DNA of 64,000 nucleotides from Planctomycetaceae bacterium (GTDB lineage Bacteria; Planctomycetota; PLA2): NCBI GenBank assembly GCA_052388375.1, contig JBQTIG010000081.1, positions 20,215 to 84,214 of the forward strand, read 5' to 3'. Shown piece by piece: positions 36,002 to 45,928 of this stretch (position 1 is its first letter; each line of letters starts with the position of its first letter). The notes under the pieces were generated by a model. It saw only the letters and a program-made list of their open reading frames with translations, ran no database searches and was not told where the DNA came from. The position numbers and the translations under genes were made by a program.

Positions 36002-39000
36002 ATGCGGCGCGGGGTGGCTCTCTTGCTGTTGGCGCTCGGCGCCGCGCTCGTGGCGCTGCTCCTCTTTGCGATGAACGGGGAGGGGGGCGGGGGCCGCCAC
36101 CGCGCGGGGGCGACCGAGGGTCCGGAGGCCACTCCCGGCGAGGCGCCAGGCAGGGAGGAGAAGGCGACGCCGGGCGCCGCGTCGGCCCCTCTCGACGTCG
36201 CCGACGAGGACCCCAACCGCATCGATGGGCCCGACGTCACGATTCGCGGCGTGGTCCTCTTCGAAGGAGTCCCCGTGGAGGCGTGCGCATTGCGCGTCCA
36301 CCGCGCGCAGGCCACCGGCACCAACGTCTTCTGGCCCCAGCGCACGAAAGAGGAGGAGGAGAACTCCCTGCCGCCCATTGCTCGCGCGGGCAGCGACGCC
36401 GTGGGCCGGTTCACCCTGGTGGTGAAGCGGCGCAGCTCCCTCACGGTTGAGGCGCGCAAGGGGGGGTTCGGCGTCGCCCGCGTCCTGGTGCACGTCCCGG
36501 TCGAAGGCGATCCCGGCGAGGTGAAGATCGAGTTGGCGCGGGCGCAGGTGCTGCGCGGCAGGGTGGTGGATCCCGCCGACGCCCCGGTCGCGGGCGCGTC
36601 GGTGCGCATCGGCATGTGGCTGGCGCAGGTTCCCCCCATCGTGGAGCTGCAGACGACCAACGAGGCGGGGGAGTTTTCGTTCGACGCCATCTCCTCGGGC
36701 AATCTCTGGATGCGCGTGGAGGCGCCGGGCTTCCCGATCCTGCAGCGGCAGGTATCGCTTCCGGTGAGCGGCCTCCTGCTGGTGCAGCTGAGAACGGGCG
36801 GAAGCATCGCGGGACTCGTGCGCGTCACCGCGGGCGCGCCTGTCGCCGGCGCGACGGTGGTGCTCGCCACCGACACGCCCGAGGGGTTCTCCGGGCGGGG
36901 CGAGGCGACCAGCGACGCGGAGGGGAGATTCCGCATCGAGAGCATCCTGCCGGGCCCGATCACGTCGGTGATCGTTCTCGTGCCGGGGTGGCCTCCGCTG
37001 GTCTCGGGCAGCGGTCATGCGAGCCCGGTCCTCGCCCTGATCAAGGCGGGGGAGGAGGCGACCTGCGAGATCGTGATCCCCGGCGGCGTCGCCGTGCGCG
37101 GCGTCGTGGTGCGCGGCGAGGAGGGCGCGCCCGCCCCCGGGGCCGCCATCCGCCTCCTGCGCGTGCAGCAGAACTACCTGGCGGATTTCGCGACGGGCAT
37201 GGCCGACGCATCGGGCCGCTTCACCCTCGAGGGGATCCCCCCGGGCAGCTACGCCATCGAAGCGGCGGACGGCATGTGGGCCAGGAAGCCTCGGCGCAAT
37301 TCTTGGCAGCAGTCGCCCCTCACCATCGATCTGGACGTGGTCGAGGGCACCGAGCCTCCCGAGCAGCGGATCCGCCTCGAGGCGACCGGGATCGTGGAGG
37401 GCCGGATCTCCGAGGGGTCCCGTCTCGCCAACCACAGCGGCGTGGGCCTGCAGGTGGGGGACCTCTGGGAATCCGCCCAGCCCGACGCGACGGGGTTCTT
37501 CCGGTTCTCCAACGTGGCGCCCGGCAAGAATCTCGTCGTGCAGAGCTGGAGCCCGCCGGCGAAGTCGGAGCCCTTCGACGTGGAGGCGGGCAAGGTCACG
37601 AACGTCACGCTCGGCGCCGGTGCCCTGCCCGACTTCGAGGGAACCGTCACCGATCGGCAGGGTAGGCCGGTATCAGGGGCCACGGTGAACGCCGCCCCCG
37701 GCGACGGTCAGCAGGGCGGGGTGGTGCAGCAGATCCAGAACAACTCGTGGATGGCGGTGACGACGGACGCGGCGGGCCGCTACCGGCTCATCGTGCAGGA
37801 GTGGCTGCGGCAGCAGGGTGCCGCGCTCACCTGGTATGTGATGGCGTCGCACCGGGATTACGCGTCCGCTCTGCTGCGCGTGGACAAGCTGCCCGCCAAG
37901 GGCGAGACGGCGCGCCTCGATTTCCTGCTCGAGGAGGGCCTGATGCTGACGGGGCGCGTGGAGTGGGAGGGAGGGCGCGCGGCCGTGAATGCCATGATCG
38001 CCGTCAACCCCGTCGTCGCGCCCCCTCCCGCAACGCAGGGGGCGCCCGAGGCCCCGCAACACGCGGGCACCATGCGCTCGGTGGTGGCCGGGGAGGACGG
38101 GACATTCACCCTCACGGGGCTCACGCCCGGGAGCTACACGATTTCGGCGGCGCTGACGGGAGGATCCTCAGGGAGCCAGCCCGTGGAGGCCGGCGCGAAC
38201 GGGATCCTGCTCCGCCTGAGGGAAACGGCATTCATCGGCGGCGTCGTGATCACTTCGGAGGGACGGCCGGTGCCGGGAGCCCGGGTGACGGCGCTCGGTC
38301 CGCGCGGCGAACGACGCGGGAACACCCAGACGAGCGGCGACGGCCGGTTCCGGATCCAGGGCCTGGAACGGGGCAGCTACTCCCTCGAGGCGTCGCCGGG
38401 CCGCGAAGCGTGGCAGCGCCCCCTCTTCTTCGAGACCACCCGCGTCGACGGCGTCGCCACCGGCGTCGACGACGCGCGCATCGAGGTGAAGCGGGGCGGA
38501 AAGGTCTCCGGCCGGGTCGTCGGCCCCGATGGACGCCCCGCCGCGGGGATCACCGTGGTGGCGATGTCGCTCGAGGGGAAGGCGGGCGGTCGCGGGTGGG
38601 ACACGCCGAATCCCTCCGGCACCACCAACGGCAAGGGCGAATTCACCGTGGAGGGAATCGGCGGCAAGGAGGTCGAGCTGATCGCGGCCGGCGCCGGCTT
38701 CCAGCCCGCGATGCGCCGCGCCGCGCCCGGGGACTCCAGCGTGGAGATGCAACTCCAGGCCTGCGAGACCGTCGAAGGGACGCTCCTCGGACCCGACGGC
38801 GCACCGGCGGCCGGACTCTGGATCTGGGGGAACGCCGTTTCGCCGGACGCCCAGCAGAAGCTGAATGACATCATGCAGCGGGCCGGACAGACGCTCCAGC
38901 AGAGCGGCGTCCTCAACAGCGGCGGCCAGGCCGATGGCGACGGCCGGTTCATCCTGCGCTTCCCCTTCCCCGGCGAGTACTACGTGAACGCCCGCAATGA

Positions 39001-39346
39001 GGCGGGGGTGCTCCGGCCGGTGCGGGTCCGCACCGGCGCGCGCGGGGTGACGCTGCGGTTGCAGCGCGGGCTGACGCTGAAGGGCCGCATCGTCGACCCC
39101 GAGGGCCGCACGATCCGTCCCGACGCCGCGGCGCAGCTCATGTTCTGGATCAACGTCATGCAGGACGGCCAGTGGGTTGGAAACGTCCAAGCGCAGGCCG
39201 ACGGCACCTTCGAGCTCACCCAGGTGCCGTCGGGGCCGATCACGATCCAGGCCTGGGCTTCCAAGAACTGGAAGCCGGGAACGGTGGAAGCCGAGGCGGG
39301 AGCGTCCGACGTGCGGGTGGTGCTGCAGCCCAACGACGGCAAGTGA
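36002..39346 (+). CDS. Large secreted or anchored protein made of about 10 tandem CarboxypepD_reg-like (Ig-like beta-sandwich) repeats
   Basis: 1114 aa. N-terminal hydrophobic anchor. Recurring units of the form G-x-V-x-D-x-x-G-x-P-V-x-G-A-x-V ... T-D-x-x-G-x-F-x-x-x-L-x-P-G-x-Y. Confidence 0.6.
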   Translation: MRRGVALLLLALGAALVALLLFAMNGEGGGGRHRAGATEGPEATPGEAPGREEKATPGAASAPLDVADEDPNRIDGPDVTIRGVVLFEGVPVEACALRVHRAQATGTNVFWPQRTKEEEENSLPPIARAGSDAVGRFTLVVKRRSSLTVEARKGGFGVARVLVHVPVEGDPGEVKIELARAQVLRGRVVDPADAPVAGASVRIGMWLAQVPPIVELQTTNEAGEFSFDAISSGNLWMRVEAPGFPILQRQVSLPVSGLLLVQLRTGGSIAGLVRVTAGAPVAGATVVLATDTPEGFSGRGEATSDAEGRFRIESILPGPITSVIVLVPGWPPLVSGSGHASPVLALIKAGEEATCEIVIPGGVAVRGVVVRGEEGAPAPGAAIRLLRVQQNYLADFATGMADASGRFTLEGIPPGSYAIEAADGMWARKPRRNSWQQSPLTIDLDVVEGTEPPEQRIRLEATGIVEGRISEGSRLANHSGVGLQVGDLWESAQPDATGFFRFSNVAPGKNLVVQSWSPPAKSEPFDVEAGKVTNVTLGAGALPDFEGTVTDRQGRPVSGATVNAAPGDGQQGGVVQQIQNNSWMAVTTDAAGRYRLIVQEWLRQQGAALTWYVMASHRDYASALLRVDKLPAKGETARLDFLLEEGLMLTGRVEWEGGRAAVNAMIAVNPVVAPPPATQGAPEAPQHAGTMRSVVAGEDGTFTLTGLTPGSYTISAALTGGSSGSQPVEAGANGILLRLRETAFIGGVVITSEGRPVPGARVTALGPRGERRGNTQTSGDGRFRIQGLERGSYSLEASPGREAWQRPLFFETTRVDGVATGVDDARIEVKRGGKVSGRVVGPDGRPAAGITVVAMSLEGKAGGRGWDTPNPSGTTNGKGEFTVEGIGGKEVELIAAGAGFQPAMRRAAPGDSSVEMQLQACETVEGTLLGPDGAPAAGLWIWGNAVSPDAQQKLNDIMQRAGQTLQQSGVLNSGGQADGDGRFILRFPFPGEYYVNARNEAGVLRPVRVRTGARGVTLRLQRGLTLKGRIVDPEGRTIRPDAAAQLMFWINVMQDGQWVGNVQAQADGTFELTQVPSGPITIQAWASKNWKPGTVEAEAGASDVRVVLQPNDGK

Positions 39347-39353
39347 GCTGAGG

Positions 39354-39380
39354 CCCGGGGGCGGGGACGCCGCCCCCGGG
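39354..39380. terminator. GC-rich hairpin (perfect 10-bp stem cccgggggcg/cgcccccggg) between convergent genes; putative bidirectional terminator
   Basis: The inverted repeat is visible directly in the sequence between stop 39346 (+) and stop 39390 (-). Confidence 0.5.
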
Positions 39381-39389
39381 TCGAGGAAC

Positions 39390-39917
39390 TCAGCGACCGA
39401 GCTGCGCCTCGAGGAGCGCGACGGTCATGGGGCGGGTGAGGATGCGGCCGGCGCGGCGGGCGAGCTTCGCTTCGTCTACCGTGCGGCCGTGCTCCTTGGC
39501 GGCGGCCTCGATCTTGGACCGCTGCTCGGGGCTGAGGGATCCGACGACCTCCTTGGCGAGGGGCTCGATCTGGGCGCGCGTGCGTTCGCGGAGTTCGCGC
39601 AGCTTGGCGCGGAGCGCCTCGCGGTCCACGGTCGCGCCGCCCTTGCGGGCCTCCACCAGGATGCGGGCCGCCTCCTTGCGCGCGGCGCCCAGGATCGGCT
39701 CCGCCGCGCGCGTCTTCTCCAGGATGAGGGATTCCTGCGCGTCCGTCGTCTCCAGGGAGCGCAGCAGCTTCATCCGTTCCGCGCGGTGGTGCCGGTGCAT
39801 CCGCGCCTTCTGCCCGCGCCTGCCATTCCGCTCCCCACCCTCGCCGGCAATGGCCGGGAGAGCGAGCGCGCCGCAGGCGACCAGGCAACCCAATGCGATC
39901 CATGTTCGTTTCGTCAT
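39390..39917 (-). CDS. Periplasmic LTXXQ-motif (Spy/CpxP-like) protein
   Basis: Start at ATG (cat 39915-39917), MTKRTWIALGCLVACGALALPAIAG (signal peptide). Helical, with repeated Lxx[QE] motifs (SPEQRSKIE). Confidence 0.5.
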   Translation of the reverse strand: MTKRTWIALGCLVACGALALPAIAGEGGERNGRRGQKARMHRHHRAERMKLLRSLETTDAQESLILEKTRAAEPILGAARKEAARILVEARKGGATVDREALRAKLRELRERTRAQIEPLAKEVVGSLSPEQRSKIEAAAKEHGRTVDEAKLARRAGRILTRPMTVALLEAQLGR

Positions 39918-40147
39918 CGCTGTTCTCCGTTGATCGGGACGCACTTGGAACCCGGCGGCAAGGCGCGGGTTTCGGACACGCCTGGGGGCGCCTGTTCCTG
40001 AGATCGCCCCCCCGGATTGCCCGCCGCACCATCTCTCGGAACGGCTGCCCATGATCGGGATTCTCCTTGACAAGGGGGGGGGCGACGATGCGCGCAGTTG
40101 GAGAGCCTGCGAACGACGAGCTGGTCAGCACGAGAGGAGAAGGAGCC

Positions 40148-40474
40148 ATGTACCGGCAATCGGCTTTTCTCGGCGTCCTGGCAATCGCTGCGGTGGCTGG
40201 CGCAGCCACCTGGAATCCGAGCGGGGGACCCCCGGTGACTCCGGCTCCGGATGGGACCTACACCGGTGACGTAGACTGGATCACGGAACTGGAAGGCGAT
40301 CCCCCCACCGAAACCGAGAGTTTCGGGATCACCACGCCCACCGGCGTACTGGTCCTGGGGCCCTCTGAGTTGACTGCCAACCAGAAAGAGCAGTTGAAGG
40401 CCGCCGCTCCGGGGGCTGCACAGGCGTCGGTCACGATCAGCGGCGGCAAGGTGACGAAGGTCAAGATCCACTGA
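40148..40474 (+). CDS. Small secreted hypothetical protein
   Basis: MYRQSAFLGVLAIAAVAGAATW signal peptide. Local GC is about 62% against a background of about 70%. Confidence 0.4.
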   Translation: MYRQSAFLGVLAIAAVAGAATWNPSGGPPVTPAPDGTYTGDVDWITELEGDPPTETESFGITTPTGVLVLGPSELTANQKEQLKAAAPGAAQASVTISGGKVTKVKIH

Positions 40475-40553
40475 GTGTCGACAGGTGGCGGAGGGGGGCT
40501 GGGTTGCGCCGGCGTCCCTCCGCGGGATGGGCGGTGTTAGGGTGTCCCTTGTC

Positions 40554-41054
40554 ATGAGCGGCACGAAAAACACGCGTCTCGCAGTAGCTGGAATCTTGGG
40601 CTTGATCTGCGGACTAGGGATAGGCCGTGCAACGACATCGCAACCCATCGCACCCAGAGCGACACGGGACATGGACGACTCCATTCGTCGCGAATCGGGC
40701 GCGAGTCGCGAGGAGATTGCAGGCTTCCGCACCCTTGGTGAACACGAGATGAGGAACGTGCGCGACCCGGCACTCTCTGCCTCCGAGGCCACCGTTTCTT
40801 CCCCGCCGTCTATTCCCCCTGAGGAATCCCTTCTGGCTTTCAAACAGTTGCAGGCGCGTGCCCTCTCGGTCATGGACGCAATGATCGCAAACGGGCATGC
40901 GAGCGTGGCAACGGCTAGCGAGGAGCACCGAAGAAGCGAGCAAGCACACCTGGCTTTCAAGGTGTGTCTGCGCGAGGAGATCCAGAGAGCGACGACCGTG
41001 GAGGAGATCTATCGCCTCATGCCCGGGCTCAAGGACGTGGTCGTGGCGCGGTAG
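40554..41054 (+). CDS. Small secreted or anchored hypothetical protein
   Basis: MSGTKNTRLAVAGILGLICGLGIG signal or lipobox-like N-terminus. Lower-GC islet. Confidence 0.4.
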   Translation: MSGTKNTRLAVAGILGLICGLGIGRATTSQPIAPRATRDMDDSIRRESGASREEIAGFRTLGEHEMRNVRDPALSASEATVSSPPSIPPEESLLAFKQLQARALSVMDAMIANGHASVATASEEHRRSEQAHLAFKVCLREEIQRATTVEEIYRLMPGLKDVVVAR

Positions 41055-41145
41055 AGCGCGGGATGGTTCCAGCGACACGTCTTGAAAGTCGAGCGTGTCC
41101 GTACTTCCTGCCGACCAGCCGGAGACGGCAGGCGAGCGCGCGCGA

Positions 41146-43122
41146 TCAAGCTCGCGGCTCGCCACCCCGCGGGCGCTTCTTCGCGCCCTTGCGGCCCGGC
41201 CGGTAGCCCACGGTGCGGCGGGTCCCGGCCTCCGCGGCGTGCACGTAGGTCTCCTCCGCGGCGGCGCGGCGGCGGGCGGTGATCGCCTCCGCCGGCGGCT
41301 GGGCCGGAATGAGGCAGTGCGGCCCGCTCCCGATCAGCTCCTTGCGCCCCGCGTCGAGCAGCGCCTTCCGCACGGTGAACCAGTTCTCCGGCTTGAAGAA
41401 CTGCATGAGGGCGCGCTGGGTGCGCCGGTCGGCCAGCCGCGTCACCACGTCCACCGGCTTCAGCGTCATCGGGTCGAGGCCGGTGTAGTAGATGCAGGTC
41501 GCCACATCCATGGGCGCGGGGATGAAGTCCTGCACCTGGCGCGGTTTGTAGCCGTGGGTCTTGAGAAAGATCGCCAGCTCGATCATCTCCACCGCCGTGG
41601 AGCCGGGATGGCTCGCGATGAAGTAGGGGACCAGGTACTGCTCCTTGCCCGCCGCGCGGCTCGCCCGCCGGAACTTGCCGGCAAAGGTCTCGAAGGAGGC
41701 GTGGGAGGGCTTTTTCATCAGGGCGAGCACCTTGTCGCTCGTGTGCTCGGGCGCCACCTTCAGGTGGCCGCCCACGTGGTGGCGCACCAGCTCGTCCACG
41801 TACTCGTCGTCCAGGTTGGCCAGGTCCATGCGGATGCCGGAGGAGACATGCACCCGCTTCACCCCCTTCACCGCGCGCGCACGGCGCATCAGGTCGAGGG
41901 TCGGCTTGTGGCTGGTGCCGAGCAGCTTGCAGATCGTGGGATGGATGCAGGAGAGGCGGCGGCACTTGGCCTCCACCTCGGGGCGCGTGCAGCGCATCTC
42001 GTACATGTTGGCGGTGGGGCCGCCCAGGTCGCTGATCGTCCCCTTGAACCCGGGCTCCGCCGCGATCGCCTTCACCTCGTCGAGAATCGACCGGCGGCTC
42101 CGGCTCTGGATCACGCGTCCTTCGTGCATGGTGATGGAGCAGAAGGTGCAGCCGCCGAAGCAGCCGCGCATGATCTGGACCGAGTCCTTGATCATGGCGT
42201 GGGCGGGGATCGGCTCGCGGTAGCGCGGGTGGGGCAGCCGCGTGTAGGGCAGGTCGTAGATGGCGTCCATCTCCCGCTGCCCGATGGGGAGACAGGGAGG
42301 GTTGTGCAGGAGCACGCGGTCGCCGTGCCGCTGCACTAGGCGGCGCGCATGGAACGGATTGGTCTCCTGGTGGAAGACCCGGGTCATGCGCGCGAACGCG
42401 AGCTTGTCGGCGGAAGCCTCCTCGCAGGAGGGCAACTCCAGCGTCTCCCCCCCCTCGGGCACCCCCTCGCTCTTTCCCAGGAGCGCGCAGACCCCGCGCA
42501 GATCGCGCAGTGCGGCCACGCTCTCGCCCGCGCGCAGCCGCTCGGCGATGGCCGTAATCGTCGCCTCGCCCTTCCCGTAGGCGAGCAGATCGGCCTTGCT
42601 GGAGACGAGCATGGAGGGGCGCACGGTGTCGGACCAGTAGTCGTAGTGCGCGATGCGCCGCAACGAAGCCTCGATGCCGCCCAGGATCACCGGCACGCCG
42701 GGAAACGCCTCGCGGCAGCGCTGGGCGTAGACCGGCGTGGGGCGGTCGGGCCGGAGCCCGATGCGGCCGCCGGGGGAGTAGGCGTCGTCGTTGCGCCGCT
42801 TCCGGTTGGCCGTGTAGTGGTTGATCATCGAGTCCATGTTGCCGGCGCTCACGGCGAAGAAGAGTCGCGGGCGGCCGAGCGCGCGCCAGGGATCCGCGCT
42901 GCGCCAGTCGGGCTGCGGCAGGATCGCCACCCGGAATCCGCGCGCTTCGAGCACGCGGCCCAAGACCGCCATGGCGAAGGAGGGGTGGTCCACGTACGCG
43001 TCGCCGGTGACGAAGACGACGTCGGCGGCCTCCCAGCCGCGCTCCGCCATCTCCTCCGCCGAGGTGGGGAGGAACCGGCCGCGATCCATGGCGCCTACTG
43101 TATCCTGCGGCCACTGTGCCAT
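41146..43122 (-). CDS. ygiQ: YgiQ-family (UPF0313) radical SAM protein
   Basis: The N-terminus aligns with E. coli YgiQ ([33 protein letters not shown]). Radical-SAM cluster CFGGCTFC. Start at ATG 43122 or 43089. The ORF-track upstream extension is rejected. Confidence 0.8.
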   Translation of the reverse strand: MAQWPQDTVGAMDRGRFLPTSAEEMAERGWEAADVVFVTGDAYVDHPSFAMAVLGRVLEARGFRVAILPQPDWRSADPWRALGRPRLFFAVSAGNMDSMINHYTANRKRRNDDAYSPGGRIGLRPDRPTPVYAQRCREAFPGVPVILGGIEASLRRIAHYDYWSDTVRPSMLVSSKADLLAYGKGEATITAIAERLRAGESVAALRDLRGVCALLGKSEGVPEGGETLELPSCEEASADKLAFARMTRVFHQETNPFHARRLVQRHGDRVLLHNPPCLPIGQREMDAIYDLPYTRLPHPRYREPIPAHAMIKDSVQIMRGCFGGCTFCSITMHEGRVIQSRSRRSILDEVKAIAAEPGFKGTISDLGGPTANMYEMRCTRPEVEAKCRRLSCIHPTICKLLGTSHKPTLDLMRRARAVKGVKRVHVSSGIRMDLANLDDEYVDELVRHHVGGHLKVAPEHTSDKVLALMKKPSHASFETFAGKFRRASRAAGKEQYLVPYFIASHPGSTAVEMIELAIFLKTHGYKPRQVQDFIPAPMDVATCIYYTGLDPMTLKPVDVVTRLADRRTQRALMQFFKPENWFTVRKALLDAGRKELIGSGPHCLIPAQPPAEAITARRRAAAEETYVHAAEAGTRRTVGYRPGRKGAKKRPRGGEPRA

Positions 43123-44140
43123 GTCGAAGCGCTCGCGACTCCGCCGCTGGTGGAACCTCGACGATGAGGATCTGCTCGATCTGCGGCTCTGCGATCTGCC
43201 GGTGCGCATCGAGGGGTCCTGGCTGGAGCAGCTCGTAGGCCGCCTGCAGGGCGAGATGGAGGCGCGCGGGCTCCGGTTCAAGCCCCACTGCTGGCTCTCC
43301 AACGAGTGGTTCAGCCCCGACGGCGTGCCCGGGATCGCGATTCCGTTCTATCTGGCGCATCCGCGCCTCAGGAAGCTGGAGCGGGCGCAGATGCTCGACG
43401 TGGAAGGGGGGACGCGGGACGCCTGCCTGCGCATCCTCCGGCACGAAGCCGGCCACGCCATCGACGTCGCCTACGGCCTGCGCCGCCGCGCGGACTGGCG
43501 CCGGCAGTTCGGATCGGCCTCCCAGCGCTATCCGACCCACTATCGCCCGCGACCCTTCAGCCGCCGCTACGTGCTCCACCTCTCATGGTGGTACGCCCAG
43601 AGCCATCCGCTGGAGGATTTCGCCGAGACCTTCGCGGTCTGGCTGCGCCCGCGGTCGCGCTGGCGCCAACAGTACGCCGGCTGGCCCGCCCTGAGCAAAG
43701 TGGAGTACGTGGAGGGGCTCATGGCGGACCTCGCGGAGGCGCCGCCCCTCGTGCGGTCGCGCACGCACGTCGAGGCGCTCCCGGGGATGCGCACGACCCT
43801 GCGCGCGCACTACCAGGCGAAGCGGCGGACCTACGGGCTCGACATCGGCGGCGTCTCCGATCGCGACTTGCGGCGGCTCTTCGACGAGGAGGGAGGGCGC
43901 GAGGCGGCGGCGGCCTTCCTCAAGCGCCACGCCAAGGAGCTGCGGGAGCAGGTGGCGCGCTGGACCGGCCAGCATGTCTACACCATCGAGCAGCTCCTGG
44001 AGGAGATGACCCGCAGCTGCGCCCGGCTGCGGCTCCGTCGCGCGGGGGGGGAGCGGCACGCCCGGCTGGGAGCCGCCGTGCTGCTGACGGCGCGCGTGAT
44101 GGCCTACCTCCACCGCCGCGGCCGGGAGGTGAGCTTGTGA
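43121..44140 (+). CDS. Putative zinc-binding metallopeptidase-like protein (HExxH; family typically found next to ATP-grasp enzymes)
   Basis: ATG 43121, [19 protein letters not shown]... HEAGH motif with a downstream EDFAETFA (candidate third ligand). The ORF-track entry 42821.. is extended upstream. Confidence 0.55.
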   Translation: MSKRSRLRRWWNLDDEDLLDLRLCDLPVRIEGSWLEQLVGRLQGEMEARGLRFKPHCWLSNEWFSPDGVPGIAIPFYLAHPRLRKLERAQMLDVEGGTRDACLRILRHEAGHAIDVAYGLRRRADWRRQFGSASQRYPTHYRPRPFSRRYVLHLSWWYAQSHPLEDFAETFAVWLRPRSRWRQQYAGWPALSKVEYVEGLMADLAEAPPLVRSRTHVEALPGMRTTLRAHYQAKRRTYGLDIGGVSDRDLRRLFDEEGGREAAAAFLKRHAKELREQVARWTGQHVYTIEQLLEEMTRSCARLRLRRAGGERHARLGAAVLLTARVMAYLHRRGREVSL

Positions 44141-45162
44141 AGCGGCTGCGGGTCCTGACCCTGGTGCCCGAAGGGCACATCCCGCCGAGGCGCCGCGAGG
44201 ATGTCAGCGAGGAGCGCCTCGCCGAGGTGCGCATGGAGTCCGACATCTCGGGCGCGCTGGCGGCTCTCGGCCACGACGTGACCTTCCTCGGGCTGCATGA
44301 CGATCTGGGGCCCCTGCGCGACGGGATCAAGCAGTTCGCCCCCGACATCGTCTTCAACTTGCTCGAGGGATTCCACGGCTTCGTGGCCTTCGACCAGAAC
44401 GTCGTCGCCTACCTGGAGCTGCTCCGCGTCCCCTATACCGGCTGCAATCCGCGGGGGCTCGTCCTGGCGCGCGACAAGGCGCTCACGAAGAAGATCCTCG
44501 CCTACCACCGGATCCCCGTGCCGGGCTTCCAGGTCTTTCCGCGCGGCCGCCCGCCACGCCCGCCGCCTCGGCTCGCCTATCCCTTGATCGTGAAGTCCCT
44601 CACCGAGGAGGGCTCCTTCGGCATCGCCCAGGCCTCCCTCGTCCGCAACGGCGAGAAACTCGTGGAACGGGTGGAGATGGTCCACGAGCGCGTGGAGAGC
44701 GACGCGGTGGCGGAAGAGTACATCGAGGGGCGCGAGCTCTACCTCGCGCTCTACGGCAATCGCCGCGTCCACGCCCTGCCGCTCTGGGAGCTGGTCCTCG
44801 ACAACCTCCCCGACGGCGCGCCGCGCATCGCCACGGAGCGGGTCAAGCACGACGAGGAGTACCAGGAGAAGCACAAGATCCTGTCCCAGCCGGTGCGCGA
44901 CCTTCCTCCGGAAACCCTGGCGCGCATCGCCCGGCTGGGCCGCCGCGTCTACAAGAGCCTCGAGCTGAGCGGCTACGCGCGACTGGACCTGCGTTTGCGG
45001 GAGGACGGCAAGGTGTTCGTCATCGAAGCCAACCCCAATCCCGATCTGAGCCTCGAACAGGAATTCTCCGACGCCGCCGCGGCCGCCGGCATCCGCTACG
45101 ACCGGCTCATCCAGCGCGTCCTCGACCTCGGCCTCCGCTACCACGAGGAGTGGAGCGGGTGA
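44137..45162 (+). CDS. ATP-grasp enzyme of the D-alanine--D-alanine ligase family
   Basis: GTG 44137 overlaps the peptidase-like stop (44138-44140). N-terminal pre-ATP-grasp region. Motifs PLIVKSLTEEGSFGI, EEYIEGRELY, ARLDLRL...FVIEANPNP. Confidence 0.7.
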   Translation: MKRLRVLTLVPEGHIPPRRREDVSEERLAEVRMESDISGALAALGHDVTFLGLHDDLGPLRDGIKQFAPDIVFNLLEGFHGFVAFDQNVVAYLELLRVPYTGCNPRGLVLARDKALTKKILAYHRIPVPGFQVFPRGRPPRPPPRLAYPLIVKSLTEEGSFGIAQASLVRNGEKLVERVEMVHERVESDAVAEEYIEGRELYLALYGNRRVHALPLWELVLDNLPDGAPRIATERVKHDEEYQEKHKILSQPVRDLPPETLARIARLGRRVYKSLELSGYARLDLRLREDGKVFVIEANPNPDLSLEQEFSDAAAAAGIRYDRLIQRVLDLGLRYHEEWSG

Positions 45163-45892
45163 ACGACGGCCGATTCGCGTCGAACTCCGGCTCCGGGAGC
45201 GCCGCCGCGCGGGCCGCGGCCTCGGCGTCGTCGAGGTCGAGGCGGGTCGCCTGCGCGCGCACGATCGCCAGCCCCTGGGCGCGCGCCACGATCTCGCGCA
45301 GCGTGCGGCCGCGCGGCGCGTCGGGCCACGGGCCCTCCAGCTCCCGCCACGCGAAGAGCGCCGGCACCACGCGCCGCGCATAGGCCGCGTAGGCGGCGTT
45401 GTCGGTTTGGAACACGAACAGGCCGCCGGGCGCCAGCGCGCGCCAGATGGCGAGGAGGGGGGCGGGGGCGAGCTGGCGGCGGCCAGCCTTGGCGCGTTCG
45501 AAGTAGGGCTGGGGGTGGTAGAGGTGCACCTCGTCGAGGCTGCCCGGCTCAACCCGCTCGGTGATGAACTCCGTGGCGTCGCCCCAGGCGATCTTGCAGT
45601 TGGTAAGCCCGCGCTGCCCCGCGCGCAGGCTGGCGAATTTCACCGCGGGCGGCACCAGCTCGACGCCCACGTGGTCGAAGCCGGGCCGTGCCACCGCCGA
45701 CCCGATCAGGTAGCGGCCGTTGCCGCACCCGAGGTCCACGACCTTCGGCGCCTCCCGCCCGAACACGGCGGCCCAGTCGAGGAGCTCTCCCTTGGCCCCG
45801 AGCCCGATCCGCGTGCGCGTCCACCGCTCGCGCGGCAGCTTCCTGCCGGGAAACGGGACGCCATGGCGCGAGTCTTCGTCGAGGGCGGCCAC
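45107..45892 (-). CDS. trmB: tRNA (guanine46-N7)-methyltransferase
   Basis: LDWAAVFGREAPKVVDLGCGNGRYL and the downstream SAM-MTase motifs. The start is uncertain; GTG at 45892 (cac 45890-45892) is chosen. The 3' end overlaps the ATP-grasp gene convergently by 56 bp. Confidence 0.7.
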   Translation of the reverse strand: MAALDEDSRHGVPFPGRKLPRERWTRTRIGLGAKGELLDWAAVFGREAPKVVDLGCGNGRYLIGSAVARPGFDHVGVELVPPAVKFASLRAGQRGLTNCKIAWGDATEFITERVEPGSLDEVHLYHPQPYFERAKAGRRQLAPAPLLAIWRALAPGGLFVFQTDNAAYAAYARRVVPALFAWRELEGPWPDAPRGRTLREIVARAQGLAIVRAQATRLDLDDAEAAARAAALPEPEFDANRPSFTRSTPRGSGGRGRGRAG

Positions 45893-45928
45893 GGGGGGGG
45901 AGTCTACACCTGCGAAGATGGATCCGGC

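Noticed and set aside
41009-43579. 856-aa minus-strand ORF overlapping ygiQ in another frame
   Set aside because: The ygiQ frame has the radical-SAM CxxxCxxC and an N-terminus collinear with E. coli YgiQ. The alternative frame is low-complexity.
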